DNA of 64,000 nucleotides, taken from positions 32,001-96,000 of the forward strand of contig CAWEZH010000001.1 of NCBI GenBank assembly GCA_963813535.1, given 5' to 3'. Source of the stretch: an uncultured Chloroflexia bacterium. Lineage in GTDB: Bacteria; Chloroflexota; Limnocylindria; Limnocylindrales; CSP1-4. The position numbers were made by a program, and so were the translations under genes. The notes beneath the pieces are model-generated. The model saw nothing but the letters and a program-made list of their open reading frames with translations. It did no database searches and had not been told where the DNA came from. Below are positions 1-9,622 of this stretch, piece by piece (position 1 is the stretch's first letter; each line of letters starts with the position of its first letter).

Positions 1-865
1 GGACCGCGCCCTCGGCCGCATGCAGCCCCTCGGCAGTGGTCGCCCGGACATCGACCTCGAGATCGCAGCGCTCGGCGACGACGTTGGGACGCGTCCCGCC
101 CGAGATCCGTCCGACGTTGACGGTGACCCCCGTCCAGCGGCCATTGAGCGCGTGCAACTCGCGGACGACCCGGGCAGCTTCGAGGATGGCGCTGCGGCCC
201 TTCTCCGGCTCGACACCGGCATGGGCCGCCCGGCCGTGGACGGTGAGGCGCGTATCGAGGATGCCCTTCCGGGCCGACACGATGTCGCCGTTGGCGCGGG
301 CGCACTCGAGGACGAGGCACGCGTCGACGTCCGCGGCCGCCGCGACGATGTGGTCGCGTGAGCTCGGCGAGCCGATCTCCTCGTCGGGGTTGGCGATGAA
401 CCTCAGTCGCTCGAACGGCAGCTCGCCGACCTCCGCGAGGATCGCCTGCAGCGAGTAGAGCCCCGCCAGCAGCCCGGACTTCATGTCGGTCACGCCTGGG
501 CCGTGGGCGATCCCCTCGTCGATCCGGAATGGACGGGCAGCCGCCGTACCCGGATCGAAGACGGTGTCCATGTGGCCGATCAGCAGGACCCGCGGCCGTC
601 CGGGGGTGCCGGTGAACGTCCCGACGACGGTCGCCCCGTACTGCTTCGACGGGTCGGGTCGTACGTCGACCTGCGCGCCGAGCCGCTCGAGGAACGCGCT
701 CGTCCAACGGCCGACCTCGTCGACACCATCGGGTGTGTACGACCCGCAGTCGATGTTCACGAGCCGCTCGAGGTCGGCCAGGTAGTCGCTGAAGTCGGCG
801 GAGATCGTCGCGCGCAGCGCGTCGAGCTCAAGCACCGCACCGGCTCCGGTCGTCTCGGTCGCCAC
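1..865 (-). CDS. M20 family metallopeptidase (glutamate carboxypeptidase-like); 3' end runs off the window
   Basis: Manual translation of the minus strand from GTG 865: ...LERLVNIDCGS...LLIGHMDTVF...GPGVTDMKSG...PDEEIGS (M20 metal-binding motifs). TAGACT lies 6 nt upstream of the start. Absent from the ORF track because it has no stop in the window. Confidence 0.88.
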   Translation of the reverse strand, partial: MATETTGAGAVLELDALRATISADFSDYLADLERLVNIDCGSYTPDGVDEVGRWTSAFLERLGAQVDVRPDPSKQYGATVVGTFTGTPGRPRVLLIGHMDTVFDPGTAAARPFRIDEGIAHGPGVTDMKSGLLAGLYSLQAILAEVGELPFERLRFIANPDEEIGSPSSRDHIVAAAADVDACLVLECARANGDIVSARKGILDTRLTVHGRAAHAGVEPEKGRSAILEAARVVRELHALNGRWTGVTVNVGRISGGTRPNVVAERCDLEVDVRATTAEGLHAAEGAV

Positions 866-910
866 GGCGGCAGTCTAGCGACCACGTCGTGTTGCTATCC
901 TGCCCGGACC

Positions 911-2680
911 GTGCGCGTGATCGAGATCCGCCTGCTGGAGGGACCCAACGTCTACCGGCTGGAGCCGGTGGTCAAGGTGGAACTCGCGGTCGGCCGGCGA
1001 CGGACCTGGTACGGACAGCGCGATCCCGGGCGCCACGCGATCGTCCGGCTCGGGGCGGCGGTCCCGGCGCGGGACTGGCCGGACCCCGTCGCCGCGATCG
1101 TGGCGTGGGTCCGTCGACTCCGCGCTCAGCACGACGAGGGGCGCGGCGGACTGGCCGTCCACCGGTCGTCAGACCCGGGCCACTGGATCATCACCTACCC
1201 GTGGAGCGGCGAGGAGCGGGCACGCCTCCTGACCGAGGCTGCCCTGGCGCTGGCGGATCGCGACGTCTCGCCCTCGCGGACCGCGCAGCTGACGGGTGCG
1301 CAGGAGCGGCTGCTTGCCCGCTGGACCGAGCGGATCGCAGCGGCACGAACGACGCCCCCGCCCTGGGTCCGCGACGCCGACCGGCGGATGCCCGCCGTCT
1401 CGATCTCCGGGACGAACGGGAAGTCGACGGTATCGCGGTTGATCACCCACATCCTGCTGCGGGCGGGCCAGCACGTCGGCATGACGACGTCGGACGGTGT
1501 CCTCATCGACGAGCGGATGATCGAGCCGGGCGACTGGACGGGACCGGGCGGCGCCCAGCAGGTCCTGCGCCGATCCGACATCGACGTCGCCGTCCTGGAG
1601 ACCGCCCGTGGCGGGATCGTGCTGCGCGGCATGGGCTACGAGTCGAATGACGCGTCGGTGCTGACCAACGTCTCGTCCGATCACCTCGACCTGCAGGGCA
1701 TCCATACGCTCCCCGAGCTGGCCGAGGTCAAGTCGACGATCTGCCGCGTGACGAAGCCGTCGGGCTGGGTCGTGCTCAACGGCGACGATCCGCTGGTCGC
1801 ATCGATCGCCCGGCGCGTCCGTGCCCACGTCGCCTACTTCTCGATAGCGACCGGCGCCTTGCCCTCCGTCGTCCGCCGGCACGTCCGTGGCGGTGGTCGG
1901 GCCTACGTGGTTCGCGACGGCTATCTCACCGAGCTCGAGGGTGCCCGGTCTTCACCCATCGTCGACATCGGGCGGGTGCCGATCACGATCGCCGGGCTCG
2001 CCCGCCACAACGTCGCGAATGCGCTCGCCGCCGCGGGTGGTGCGCGTGGGATGGGCGCAACCCTCGCCCAGATCCGCGACGGATTGACGGACTTCGCGCC
2101 GTCGGCCGAGCGCTCACCGGGACGCCTGAACCTGTTCCGTCTCGGAGCACGGGTGGTGATCGTCGACTTCGCCCACAACGAAGCCGGCATCGACGCCGTC
2201 ATGGATGTCGCGGAGGGCATCGCGGCCGGTGGCGCGGGCCGTGCGTCACCCATCACGGCGATCATCGGGACCGCCGGGGACCGGCCGGACGACACGCTGC
2301 GCGGAATCGGGCGGATCGCGGCGATGCGCGCCCAGCGGGTCGCGATCAAGGAGACGCGCAAGTATCTCCGCGGCCGAACGGCGCCCTCGGTCGTCGGCGA
2401 GCTCTTGGCGGGCGTGAAAGCCGGCGGCGGGACGACCGCCGACGTCCCGGTCTACCGCTCCGAGACAGCCGCCCTGAAGGCCGAGTTGAATGGGGCCGGT
2501 GGGGCGGCTACCGGGCACGGCCGCGGTACCGACGCTCCCCGGGTCATCGTCCTGATGTGCCATGAGGAACGCGACGAGGTCTTCGAGCTCCTGGCGTCGC
2601 TCGGCGCCCGCCCGGTCGACATCGCGTCCGAGCTCACCACCATCGTGCCGCGACTCCAGGAGCGCCAACGCCGCGGCTGA
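911..2680 (+). CDS. Cyanophycin synthetase-like Mur ligase (N-like domain + Mur ligase domain, no ATP-grasp domain)
   Basis: Starts VRVIEIRLLEGPNVY, like the CphA N-terminus LRILETRVLRGPNYW. Then SGTNGKST P-loop, VLETARGGI, TNVSSDHL, PGRLN, DFAHN and GDR, all matching the M domain of cphA at 9619-12495. The ~300-aa ATP-grasp region is missing. Start GTG 911 chosen within ORF 503..2680. Confidence 0.85.
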   Translation: MRVIEIRLLEGPNVYRLEPVVKVELAVGRRRTWYGQRDPGRHAIVRLGAAVPARDWPDPVAAIVAWVRRLRAQHDEGRGGLAVHRSSDPGHWIITYPWSGEERARLLTEAALALADRDVSPSRTAQLTGAQERLLARWTERIAAARTTPPPWVRDADRRMPAVSISGTNGKSTVSRLITHILLRAGQHVGMTTSDGVLIDERMIEPGDWTGPGGAQQVLRRSDIDVAVLETARGGIVLRGMGYESNDASVLTNVSSDHLDLQGIHTLPELAEVKSTICRVTKPSGWVVLNGDDPLVASIARRVRAHVAYFSIATGALPSVVRRHVRGGGRAYVVRDGYLTELEGARSSPIVDIGRVPITIAGLARHNVANALAAAGGARGMGATLAQIRDGLTDFAPSAERSPGRLNLFRLGARVVIVDFAHNEAGIDAVMDVAEGIAAGGAGRASPITAIIGTAGDRPDDTLRGIGRIAAMRAQRVAIKETRKYLRGRTAPSVVGELLAGVKAGGGTTADVPVYRSETAALKAELNGAGGAATGHGRGTDAPRVIVLMCHEERDEVFELLASLGARPVDIASELTTIVPRLQERQRRG

Positions 2681-2792
2681 TGGCGATCACGGCCACGCGG
2701 GCGAGCCTTGCGAGCGGCCAGCAGCGGGGCGCATGATGCGCGTGAGGCGCCAGTCGGACGATCCGGCACGCCACGACGGAGGGATCGGATCC

Positions 2793-2888
2793 GTGGAGCA
2801 GGTGATCGGCATCGCCCTGATCGTGATCGCGGCCCTGGAGATCGTATTCATCATCCGGGCCGTCCAGGCGAACATGGGTCGCGCCTGA
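2793..2888 (+). CDS. Small single-pass membrane protein (31 aa)
   Basis: GGAGGG RBS at 2778-2783, GTG start, hydrophobic VIGIALIVIAALEIVFII segment, host-like codon usage. Confidence 0.5.
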   Translation: MEQVIGIALIVIAALEIVFIIRAVQANMGRA

Positions 2889-2897
2889 TCGACCCCT

Positions 2898-2916
2898 CGC
2901 GCCGCGACGCGGCGCG
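2898..2916. terminator. GC hairpin between convergent genes (possible bidirectional terminator)
   Basis: CGCGCCGC-gac-GCGGCGCG, an 8-bp stem between stops at 2888 and 2919; no U tract. Confidence 0.35.
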
Positions 2917-2918
2917 CC

Positions 2919-4052
2919 TCAACGTTCGCGATCGGCCACCAGCAACCCGTCGTCGACGGACCAGCCGAGCCTGACCTGGTCCCCACGCTGGAGTTCGCGC
3001 CCGTGCGACTCGCGTGGTTCTCTGACCGAGATGCGCTGGCCGGTGCCGAGCGCGAGGTGGTACTTGGTGTCGGGCCCGAGATACAGGACCTCGTCGACGG
3101 TGGCATCGATGAGATTCGTCGTGCCGTCGCTGGCCGTCTCCCCGTCCACGATGCGCATCCGCTCGGGCCGCACGACCAGTGCCGCCGCCGTTCCCGACGC
3201 GAGCACGGCACGCTCCGCGGCCGCCCGCCCGACCCGCCAGCGCGTGTCGCCCCAGTCCATCCAGCCGCCGTCACCGCCGTCGACTTCGTACCGGCCGCGA
3301 AGGATATTCGATTCGCCGATGAAGTCGGCCACGAACAGCGACTCGGGTCGGTCGTACAGGTCCTCGCCCGTCCCCAACTGCTCGATCCGCCCGTCACTGA
3401 AGATGGCGATCCGGTCGCTCATCACGAGCGCCTCTTCCTGGTCGTGGGTCACGTAGAGCACCGTCGCGCCCAGCTCCCGGCTCACCCGGATGATCTCGAG
3501 CTGGAGCGATTCGCGAAGTTTCCGGTCGAGCGCCCCGAGCGGCTCGTCCATGAGCAGGAGGCGAGGCTCGAACACGACTGCTCGCGCAAGCGCGATGCGC
3601 TGCTGCTGCCCGCCGGATAGCTGCCGCGGATAGCGGTTCCCGAGGTCGGCCAGCTTCACGAGGCCCAGCGCATCCGCCACGCGCCGCTGGATCTCCGGCC
3701 GCGGCAGCCGGCGCATACGCAGCGGGAAGGCGACGTTGTCGGCCGCCGTCATGTGCGGGAACAGCGCGTAGTTCTGGAAGACCATCCCCACGTCGCGGCG
3801 GTACGGCGGCACGCGGGTCATGTCCGTGCCGTCGATCTCGATGGAGCCGGCAGTGGGGCTCATGAAGCCCGCGACCATCCGCAGGGTCGTGGTCTTGCCC
3901 GAACCCGACGGGCCGAGCAGCGTCAGGAACTCCCCTGGGAGGACATCCAGGTCGATGCCGTCGACCGCGACCGCGCTGCCGAAGACCTTGCGCAGGCCGC
4001 GCAGGACGAGCGCCGGATGCTGGGTGCCGGTCGGCGCGCTAGTGCCGGTCAT
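2919..4052 (-). CDS. potA: Polyamine-type ABC transporter ATP-binding protein (PotA-like)
   Basis: GPSGSGKTT Walker A, LSGGQQQR signature, LLLMDEP Walker B, YVTHDQEEA, C-terminal TOBE-like region. ATG 4052 overlaps the upstream permease stop. Confidence 0.9.
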   Translation of the reverse strand: MTGTSAPTGTQHPALVLRGLRKVFGSAVAVDGIDLDVLPGEFLTLLGPSGSGKTTTLRMVAGFMSPTAGSIEIDGTDMTRVPPYRRDVGMVFQNYALFPHMTAADNVAFPLRMRRLPRPEIQRRVADALGLVKLADLGNRYPRQLSGGQQQRIALARAVVFEPRLLLMDEPLGALDRKLRESLQLEIIRVSRELGATVLYVTHDQEEALVMSDRIAIFSDGRIEQLGTGEDLYDRPESLFVADFIGESNILRGRYEVDGGDGGWMDWGDTRWRVGRAAAERAVLASGTAAALVVRPERMRIVDGETASDGTTNLIDATVDEVLYLGPDTKYHLALGTGQRISVREPRESHGRELQRGDQVRLGWSVDDGLLVADRER

Positions 4053-4846
4053 TGCGCCGGGGCCTGTCGCCGGACGACGACCAGCAGGAGCAGCAACACC
4101 GTCGTCACGACCAGCAGGGTGGTGGAGACCGCGGCGACGGTGGGGTCGACGGCCTGGCGGACCTGCTCCCACATCTCCACGGGCAGCGTCCTGAACCGCG
4201 CCGACGTCATGAAGATCGCGACGACCACCTCATCCCACGACGTGATGAACGCGAAGATCGCGCCCGTGAGGACGCCCGGCAGGATGATCGGTAACGTGAT
4301 GTGGGCGAATGTCCGGCGCGGATCGGCGCCGAGGTTCGCGGCGGCGAGCTCCAGGTTGCGATCCATCGTCCGGAGCGATGTGCTGACGGCCACGGCGACG
4401 AACGGCAGCGCGAGCGCGGTGTGGGCGATCACCAGCCCGGGCAACGACCCGCTCAGTCGCCACTGGACGAACAATCCGAACATGCCGATGGCGATGACCA
4501 CGACGGGCACGATCAGCGGCGACAGGGCCAGGGCGTTGACCAGGGTCTTGCCACGGAAGCGTCCGCGGTTCAGGCCGAGCGCCACCAGCGTCCCGAGGAC
4601 CGTGGCGAGGATCGCGGTCAGGACCGCGACCTGGAGGCTGTTGACGATCCCGGTCGACCACTGCCGATCGGTCAGCATCTGCTCATACCACTGGAAGGTG
4701 AAACCCTCCGGCGGGAAGCTCAGGATCCGTGCCTCGGTGAAGCTCATCGGGACGATGACGAGCGTCGGGGCAAGCAGATAGAACACGGTCAGCGCGCCAA
4801 GGGCCGCCATGAGGATCCGCCGCGGCTGACGCCACGAGTCACTCAT
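4049..4846 (-). CDS. potC: Polyamine-type ABC permease (PotC-like)
   Basis: Multiple TM helices, EAA-like loop LELAAANLGA, SWDEVVVAIF, TLPV. Confidence 0.88.
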   Translation of the reverse strand: MSDSWRQPRRILMAALGALTVFYLLAPTLVIVPMSFTEARILSFPPEGFTFQWYEQMLTDRQWSTGIVNSLQVAVLTAILATVLGTLVALGLNRGRFRGKTLVNALALSPLIVPVVVIAIGMFGLFVQWRLSGSLPGLVIAHTALALPFVAVAVSTSLRTMDRNLELAAANLGADPRRTFAHITLPIILPGVLTGAIFAFITSWDEVVVAIFMTSARFRTLPVEMWEQVRQAVDPTVAAVSTTLLVVTTVLLLLLVVVRRQAPAQ

Positions 4847-4849
4847 CGA

Positions 4850-5737
4850 TCAGTCCTCGACCACGCTGCCGAAGACGTCCTGCAACTTGACCGCCCGGGA
4901 CGCCACGAAGAGGATCACCAGCGTGATCCCGACCAGCAGCACGCTCATCGCCGTCCCGAAGCCCCAATCGAGGCGTTGCTGGATCTGCTGCACGATGAGC
5001 TGGCTGATCATCTGGTCCCTCAACCCGCCGAGCAGCGCCGGCGTGATGTAGAACCCGAGCGCCAGGATGAATACGAGGAGGCAGCCCGCCAGGACGCCGG
5101 GAAGGCTGAGCGGGACGAAGATCCGAAGGAACGCCGACATCGGCGAGGCACCGAGGTTCGCCGCGGCACGGCTGAACTCGGGGTCGATCCTGCGCATCAC
5201 GGCATAGAGCGGCAGCACCATGAACGGCAGCAGGATGTGGGACATCCCGACGATCACCCCTCCGGTGGTGCGGATCAGAGTTAGGGGCTCGCTGATGACG
5301 CCGAGATCGAGCAGGAAGCGGTTGATGATTCCCGTGTCGCGCAGAAGTACCTGCCACGCGAAGGTCCGCACCAGCAGGCTTGACCAGAACGGGAGAAGCA
5401 CCGCGATCAGCAACAGCCCGGCCAGCCTGCCGGGCACGATCGTCATCAGGTAGGCGAACGGATAGCCGATCACGAGGCACACGACCGTCGCCAGGACGGC
5501 GATCCAGAACGTGTTGAGTAGGACCCGGACGTACGCCTCCTCGGCGAAGAAGCGTTCGTAGTTCGACAGCCCGGCACCCACCGGGTCGGTGACGCTCCTG
5601 ACGCTCATGGCCACGAGGGGCACGAGGAAGAACGCCACGAGGAACACCATCGCCGGCACGACCAGCCACGACCAACGGTCGCGGCGAGCGCCGATAAGGC
5701 CCGACCACGGGCGGCGGGCCTTACCGGTCGTCGACAT
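4850..5737 (-). CDS. potB: Polyamine-type ABC permease (PotB-like)
   Basis: LPFWSSLLVRTFAW, LPFMVLPLY, AAANLGA, YITPALLGG. Confidence 0.88.
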   Translation of the reverse strand: MSTTGKARRPWSGLIGARRDRWSWLVVPAMVFLVAFFLVPLVAMSVRSVTDPVGAGLSNYERFFAEEAYVRVLLNTFWIAVLATVVCLVIGYPFAYLMTIVPGRLAGLLLIAVLLPFWSSLLVRTFAWQVLLRDTGIINRFLLDLGVISEPLTLIRTTGGVIVGMSHILLPFMVLPLYAVMRRIDPEFSRAAANLGASPMSAFLRIFVPLSLPGVLAGCLLVFILALGFYITPALLGGLRDQMISQLIVQQIQQRLDWGFGTAMSVLLVGITLVILFVASRAVKLQDVFGSVVED

Positions 5738-5763
5738 CGGGTGCGCCTGTCTCGACTAGCGGA

Positions 5764-6906
5764 TCAGGACGCCTTCCAGGCCTGCCACGCGGCATCGATC
5801 TCGTCGAAGTTCTCGCCGAGATACGTGTCGTCGAAGTAGGCCGAGTTTTCGTCGGCGTTAGTCACCGACAGGTCGTTGACCATCGCCGGATTGGCTGTGG
5901 AGTTCGTGTTCGTCGGGCCGTACGGGATGAACTCCGACGGGCCGGCGTTGTTCGCCGCGCACGCCGTGTACGCGATGAACTTCATGGCCGCATCCTTGTT
6001 GGGCGAGCCCTTCGGCACGACCAGGTAGTCGGCGGTCACGATCTGCTGGTTCCATTGCATCTCGACCGGCTTGTTGTCGATGTTCTTGGCGCTCCAACCG
6101 CGCCCATTCCAGATCATCGACATCGCCACCTCGCCTGAGCCGATGAGCTCCTGCGACTCGGCACCCGACGCCCAGAAGACGATGTCGTCCTTGATGGTGT
6201 TCAGCTTCGCGGTCGCCCGCGGCAGGTCGAGCGGGTAGAGGTCGGCCGGCTTGACGCCGTCCGCCATCAGGGCGAACTCGAACATGCCGCCCTCGGAGTA
6301 GTCCCACGCTCCCCGCTTGCCGGGGATCTTGGTGGTGTCGAAGTAGTCGGCCCAGCCCTCGGGCACCGCGCCGGCGGTGGCTTCGGTGTTATACGCGAGG
6401 ACGACGCCGTACGTGATGTCCGGGATGCGATAGTCGGTGATGCCGAGGTCGGCGTTGAGCTCGTCCTTCGGGATCAGCGTGAAGTCAAGGGGCTCGAGCA
6501 GGTCCTTGTGGACATCGAGCCCGAAGTCGTTTCCGACGTCGACGACGTCCCACGTGACCTGGCCAGCTTCGACCTGGGCCTTGATGGTCGCGTTCGACGA
6601 GTTTTCGTCCTCGGTGAACTGGACGCCGGTCAGCTCCGTGTATGGCTCGAGCCATGCCTTGCGCTGGGCTTCCTGGTACACGCCGCCGAACGAGACGAAC
6701 GTGAGTGTCACGCCCTCCTGACGAGGCGGGTTGCAGGCCGCAGACGCCGGCGACGCCCCCGCGGACTCGCTGGCCGCCGGCTCGCTGGCGGCTGGTTCTG
6801 AGGCCGCCGGCACCGACGCCGCGGGCGACGCCCCACCTCCTCCCGAACAACCCGTGACGATCGCGGTGATCGCCAGGAACGCGATGACGGTCGTCGAGCG
6901 ATGCAT
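5764..6906 (-). CDS. Polyamine-type ABC substrate-binding lipoprotein
   Basis: AGGAGG RBS, lipobox VTGC, (PAASE)n linker, SFGGVYQEAQ, ALMADGV, WNGR motifs of the PotD/PotF-like SBP family. Confidence 0.85.
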   Translation of the reverse strand: MHRSTTVIAFLAITAIVTGCSGGGGASPAASVPAASEPAASEPAASESAGASPASAACNPPRQEGVTLTFVSFGGVYQEAQRKAWLEPYTELTGVQFTEDENSSNATIKAQVEAGQVTWDVVDVGNDFGLDVHKDLLEPLDFTLIPKDELNADLGITDYRIPDITYGVVLAYNTEATAGAVPEGWADYFDTTKIPGKRGAWDYSEGGMFEFALMADGVKPADLYPLDLPRATAKLNTIKDDIVFWASGAESQELIGSGEVAMSMIWNGRGWSAKNIDNKPVEMQWNQQIVTADYLVVPKGSPNKDAAMKFIAYTACAANNAGPSEFIPYGPTNTNSTANPAMVNDLSVTNADENSAYFDDTYLGENFDEIDAAWQAWKAS

Positions 6907-7031
6907 GCTCGTGCCCTCCTCCAAGGCGAAGCGCGGGCGACCTCCACCGCCCGGTCCGGTGCATCGTAGTCCGCGGCGCAAGGCCCGACCAAGCGTGTCC
7001 ACGGTCGCCCTTGGTGCGAAGATGGTCGGTG

Positions 7032-8690
7032 ATGGGCGGACTCGTCCTCGTCAACGGTCGCGTATCCACCGCACGGCCCGGGGAGCCGCCGTTCAGCGGC
7101 GGTCTCGCGATCGTCGGCGACCGGATCGTGGCGGTCGGTGGAGACAGTGCCGTTCGGGTGATGGCACCACCCGAGGCACAGCAGATCGACGTCGCCGGCC
7201 GGACGATCGTCCCGGGCTTCGTCGACCCGCACAACCACCTTGCATTCACCGGGGCGGAGCTCGCGTCGGTCGACGTCCGCTATCCCGGCGTGGCGTCGAT
7301 CGCCGATATCGTCGCCCGCATCGCAGACGCCGCGGAACGGACGCCCGATGGGACGTGGATCCGCGCCGTCGGCATGAACCCGGAGCAGTTCGCGGACGGC
7401 CGGCTGCCGACGCGCTGGGACATCGACGAGGCCACGCGCGTCCATCCGGTGCTCGTCCAGCACATGAGCGGTCACCACGCCCTCGCAAACAGCCTAGCCC
7501 TTGAGCGGCGTGGCCTGGCCGACTCCGCCGGCGACCCCGAGGGTGGTCACCTCGTGCGCGACGACCGCGGCCGCATCACGGGCTACTGTCTCGATGCGGC
7601 CCAGGCCCTGGTCGTGCCCATCGCGGTCGATATCGGTCACCACGGGCCGGGCTTCCACGACGACGCACCGCTGGAGGAGATCGTCGGCGACATCGACCGT
7701 GGCGCCCGCGCCTACCTCGCCGCCGGCATCACCTCGATCGTGGACGCCCAGGTCACGCGTCGCGAGCTGGAGGGCTATCGCCGTGCGCGGGAGCGCGGCA
7801 TGCTCGGCGTGCGGGTGACGGCCATGCCGATCTCGTCCCAGCTCGAGGAGTACACCGCCATCGGTCTGAACGGACGGTTCGGCGATGACCGGCTGGCGAT
7901 CGGTCCGATGAAGTTCTACGCGGACGGTGCGCTGACGGGTGGGACGGCGGCATTCTCCGCACCGTATGGCGCGAACGGCGAGTTCCAGGGCTCGCTGTAC
8001 TGGCGCTCGGAGGACGAGTTCCGCGACGCCATCCGCAGCGCACACATGGGCGGCTGGCAGATCGGCGTCCACGCGCAGGGCGATCGCGCGATCGACCGCG
8101 TCCTCGACGCGTACGAGCCCGCGCTCGAGGCGCAGCCGCGTGACGACCACCGCCACCGGATCGAGCACTGCGGCGGCCCGCGACCGGACCAGCTCGAGCG
8201 GATGGCGAGACTCGGCGTCATGGCCGTCGGCCAGCCTCGCTACTTCTGGGATGCCGGCGACGCCTGGCTCACGGCCATCGACACGGAGCGCGTCCAACGC
8301 CTCCAGCCCTATCGCGAGATGAGCGACGCCGGGGTCCGGTTCGCGTTGTCCAGCGATGCGCCGGTCGCGTCATACAAGCCACTCGACACCATCTGGTCGG
8401 CGGTCACGCGGACGACGGTCGGCGGCGCGATCGTCGGGCCGGACCAGGCCCTCACCGTGGAGGAGGCGCTGCGTGCCTGCACGTTCGACGCGGCGGCGTC
8501 CTATTTCGCTGACGACCGGCTCGGCTCGCTCGAGGTCGGCAAGCTCGCCGACGTCGTGGTCCTCGACGGTGACCTGTTCGCGACGCCGATCGACCGACTC
8601 GGCGACGTCGGCGTCGACCTGACCCTCGTCGGTGGGGAGATCGTCTACCGCGGTCCGCGCTGGAGGGCGACGAGCGACAGCATCTCGTAG
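7032..8690 (+). CDS. Metal-dependent amidohydrolase (YtcJ-like, amidohydro_3)
   Basis: PGFVDPHNH, KFYADG, VHAQGD, RIEH, SSDAP, GSLEVGKLADVVVLD. Divergent from the ABC operon; its 3' end overlaps the agmatinase 3' end. Confidence 0.88.
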   Translation: MGGLVLVNGRVSTARPGEPPFSGGLAIVGDRIVAVGGDSAVRVMAPPEAQQIDVAGRTIVPGFVDPHNHLAFTGAELASVDVRYPGVASIADIVARIADAAERTPDGTWIRAVGMNPEQFADGRLPTRWDIDEATRVHPVLVQHMSGHHALANSLALERRGLADSAGDPEGGHLVRDDRGRITGYCLDAAQALVVPIAVDIGHHGPGFHDDAPLEEIVGDIDRGARAYLAAGITSIVDAQVTRRELEGYRRARERGMLGVRVTAMPISSQLEEYTAIGLNGRFGDDRLAIGPMKFYADGALTGGTAAFSAPYGANGEFQGSLYWRSEDEFRDAIRSAHMGGWQIGVHAQGDRAIDRVLDAYEPALEAQPRDDHRHRIEHCGGPRPDQLERMARLGVMAVGQPRYFWDAGDAWLTAIDTERVQRLQPYREMSDAGVRFALSSDAPVASYKPLDTIWSAVTRTTVGGAIVGPDQALTVEEALRACTFDAAASYFADDRLGSLEVGKLADVVVLDGDLFATPIDRLGDVGVDLTLVGGEIVYRGPRWRATSDSIS

Positions 8691-9622
8691 GCCAGGTTCG
8701 CGGCGAGGAAGGCGGTCTGACCGGCCGGGTCGTAGGCCGGGATGACCTCGACGACGTCGAACCCGACGAAGTCGATGTCGGTGAGGCGCCGGACGATCGC
8801 CAGCGCGTCATGCGAGGAGAGGCCGCCGGGCTCCGGCGTCCCGGTCCCGGGCGCGAATGCCGGGTCGACCACGTCGATGTCGTAGCTGATGAAGGCCGTG
8901 GCGTCACCGACCCGCTCGCGGATCCGCTCGGCGGTGGCTACGGGCCCGATATCGAGGACCTCCTCGGTGGTGAGGTACTCGAGACCGAGCTCATCGCGCA
9001 GGTCTGTCCAGTCATCCTTGTCGTACACCGACCCGCGCAGCCCGACCTCGATGGAGTGGCCGACGTCGACCAGGCCCTCCTCGATCGCGCGGCGCATCCA
9101 CGTCCCGTGGTTGTACTTCTCGCCGAAGTAGCTGTCCCAGGCGTCGGTATGCGAGTCGAAGTCGATCACCGCGACCGGGCCCCGCGAGCGGGTCGCCCGC
9201 AGGTGCGGCAACGTGCACGCGTGATCGCCTCCGATGAGGAGCGGCACGACACCGGCCTCGACGATCGGCGCCACGGTCTGCTCGATGGCCTCGTAGCTGC
9301 GCTCGATGTAGCCCGGCACGATCGACACGTCGCCGTAGTCGACGCAGGACAGGATGTCGAACGGCTTGACATCGAGATTGGCGTTGTAGGGCCGCAGCAT
9401 CACGCTGGCCGCGCGGACGCCGTTCGGCCCGAAGCGCCCGCCGGCGCGGTACGTCACGCCAGTGTCGAACGGCACCCCGACGATCACCAGATCGACGTCT
9501 TCGAGCGTGCGAACGTAGGGCAGTCGGGCGAAGGTCGACGGTCCGGTGAAGCGCGGGCTCTTGAGCGAGTCCTCCGGGCCATAGCGCGGCGGCCCGGCGC
9601 GCCGCGCACTCCGCGTGCTCAT
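8645..9622 (-). CDS. speB: Agmatinase / ureohydrolase family
   Basis: GVPFD, GGRFGP, GGDH, DSHTD, SYDIDVVDPAFAPGTGTPEPGG, FDVVEV. ATG overlaps the cphA stop (ATGA, 9619-9622). Exact substrate not certain. Confidence 0.85.
   Translation of the reverse strand: MSTRSARRAGPPRYGPEDSLKSPRFTGPSTFARLPYVRTLEDVDLVIVGVPFDTGVTYRAGGRFGPNGVRAASVMLRPYNANLDVKPFDILSCVDYGDVSIVPGYIERSYEAIEQTVAPIVEAGVVPLLIGGDHACTLPHLRATRSRGPVAVIDFDSHTDAWDSYFGEKYNHGTWMRRAIEEGLVDVGHSIEVGLRGSVYDKDDWTDLRDELGLEYLTTEEVLDIGPVATAERIRERVGDATAFISYDIDVVDPAFAPGTGTPEPGGLSSHDALAIVRRLTDIDFVGFDVVEVIPAYDPAGQTAFLAANLAYEMLSLVALQRGPR

Noticed and set aside
6740-6835. Short tandem repeats (PAASE)n
   Set aside because: Coding low-complexity linker after the lipobox of the SBP; not a CRISPR array or DNA-level element.
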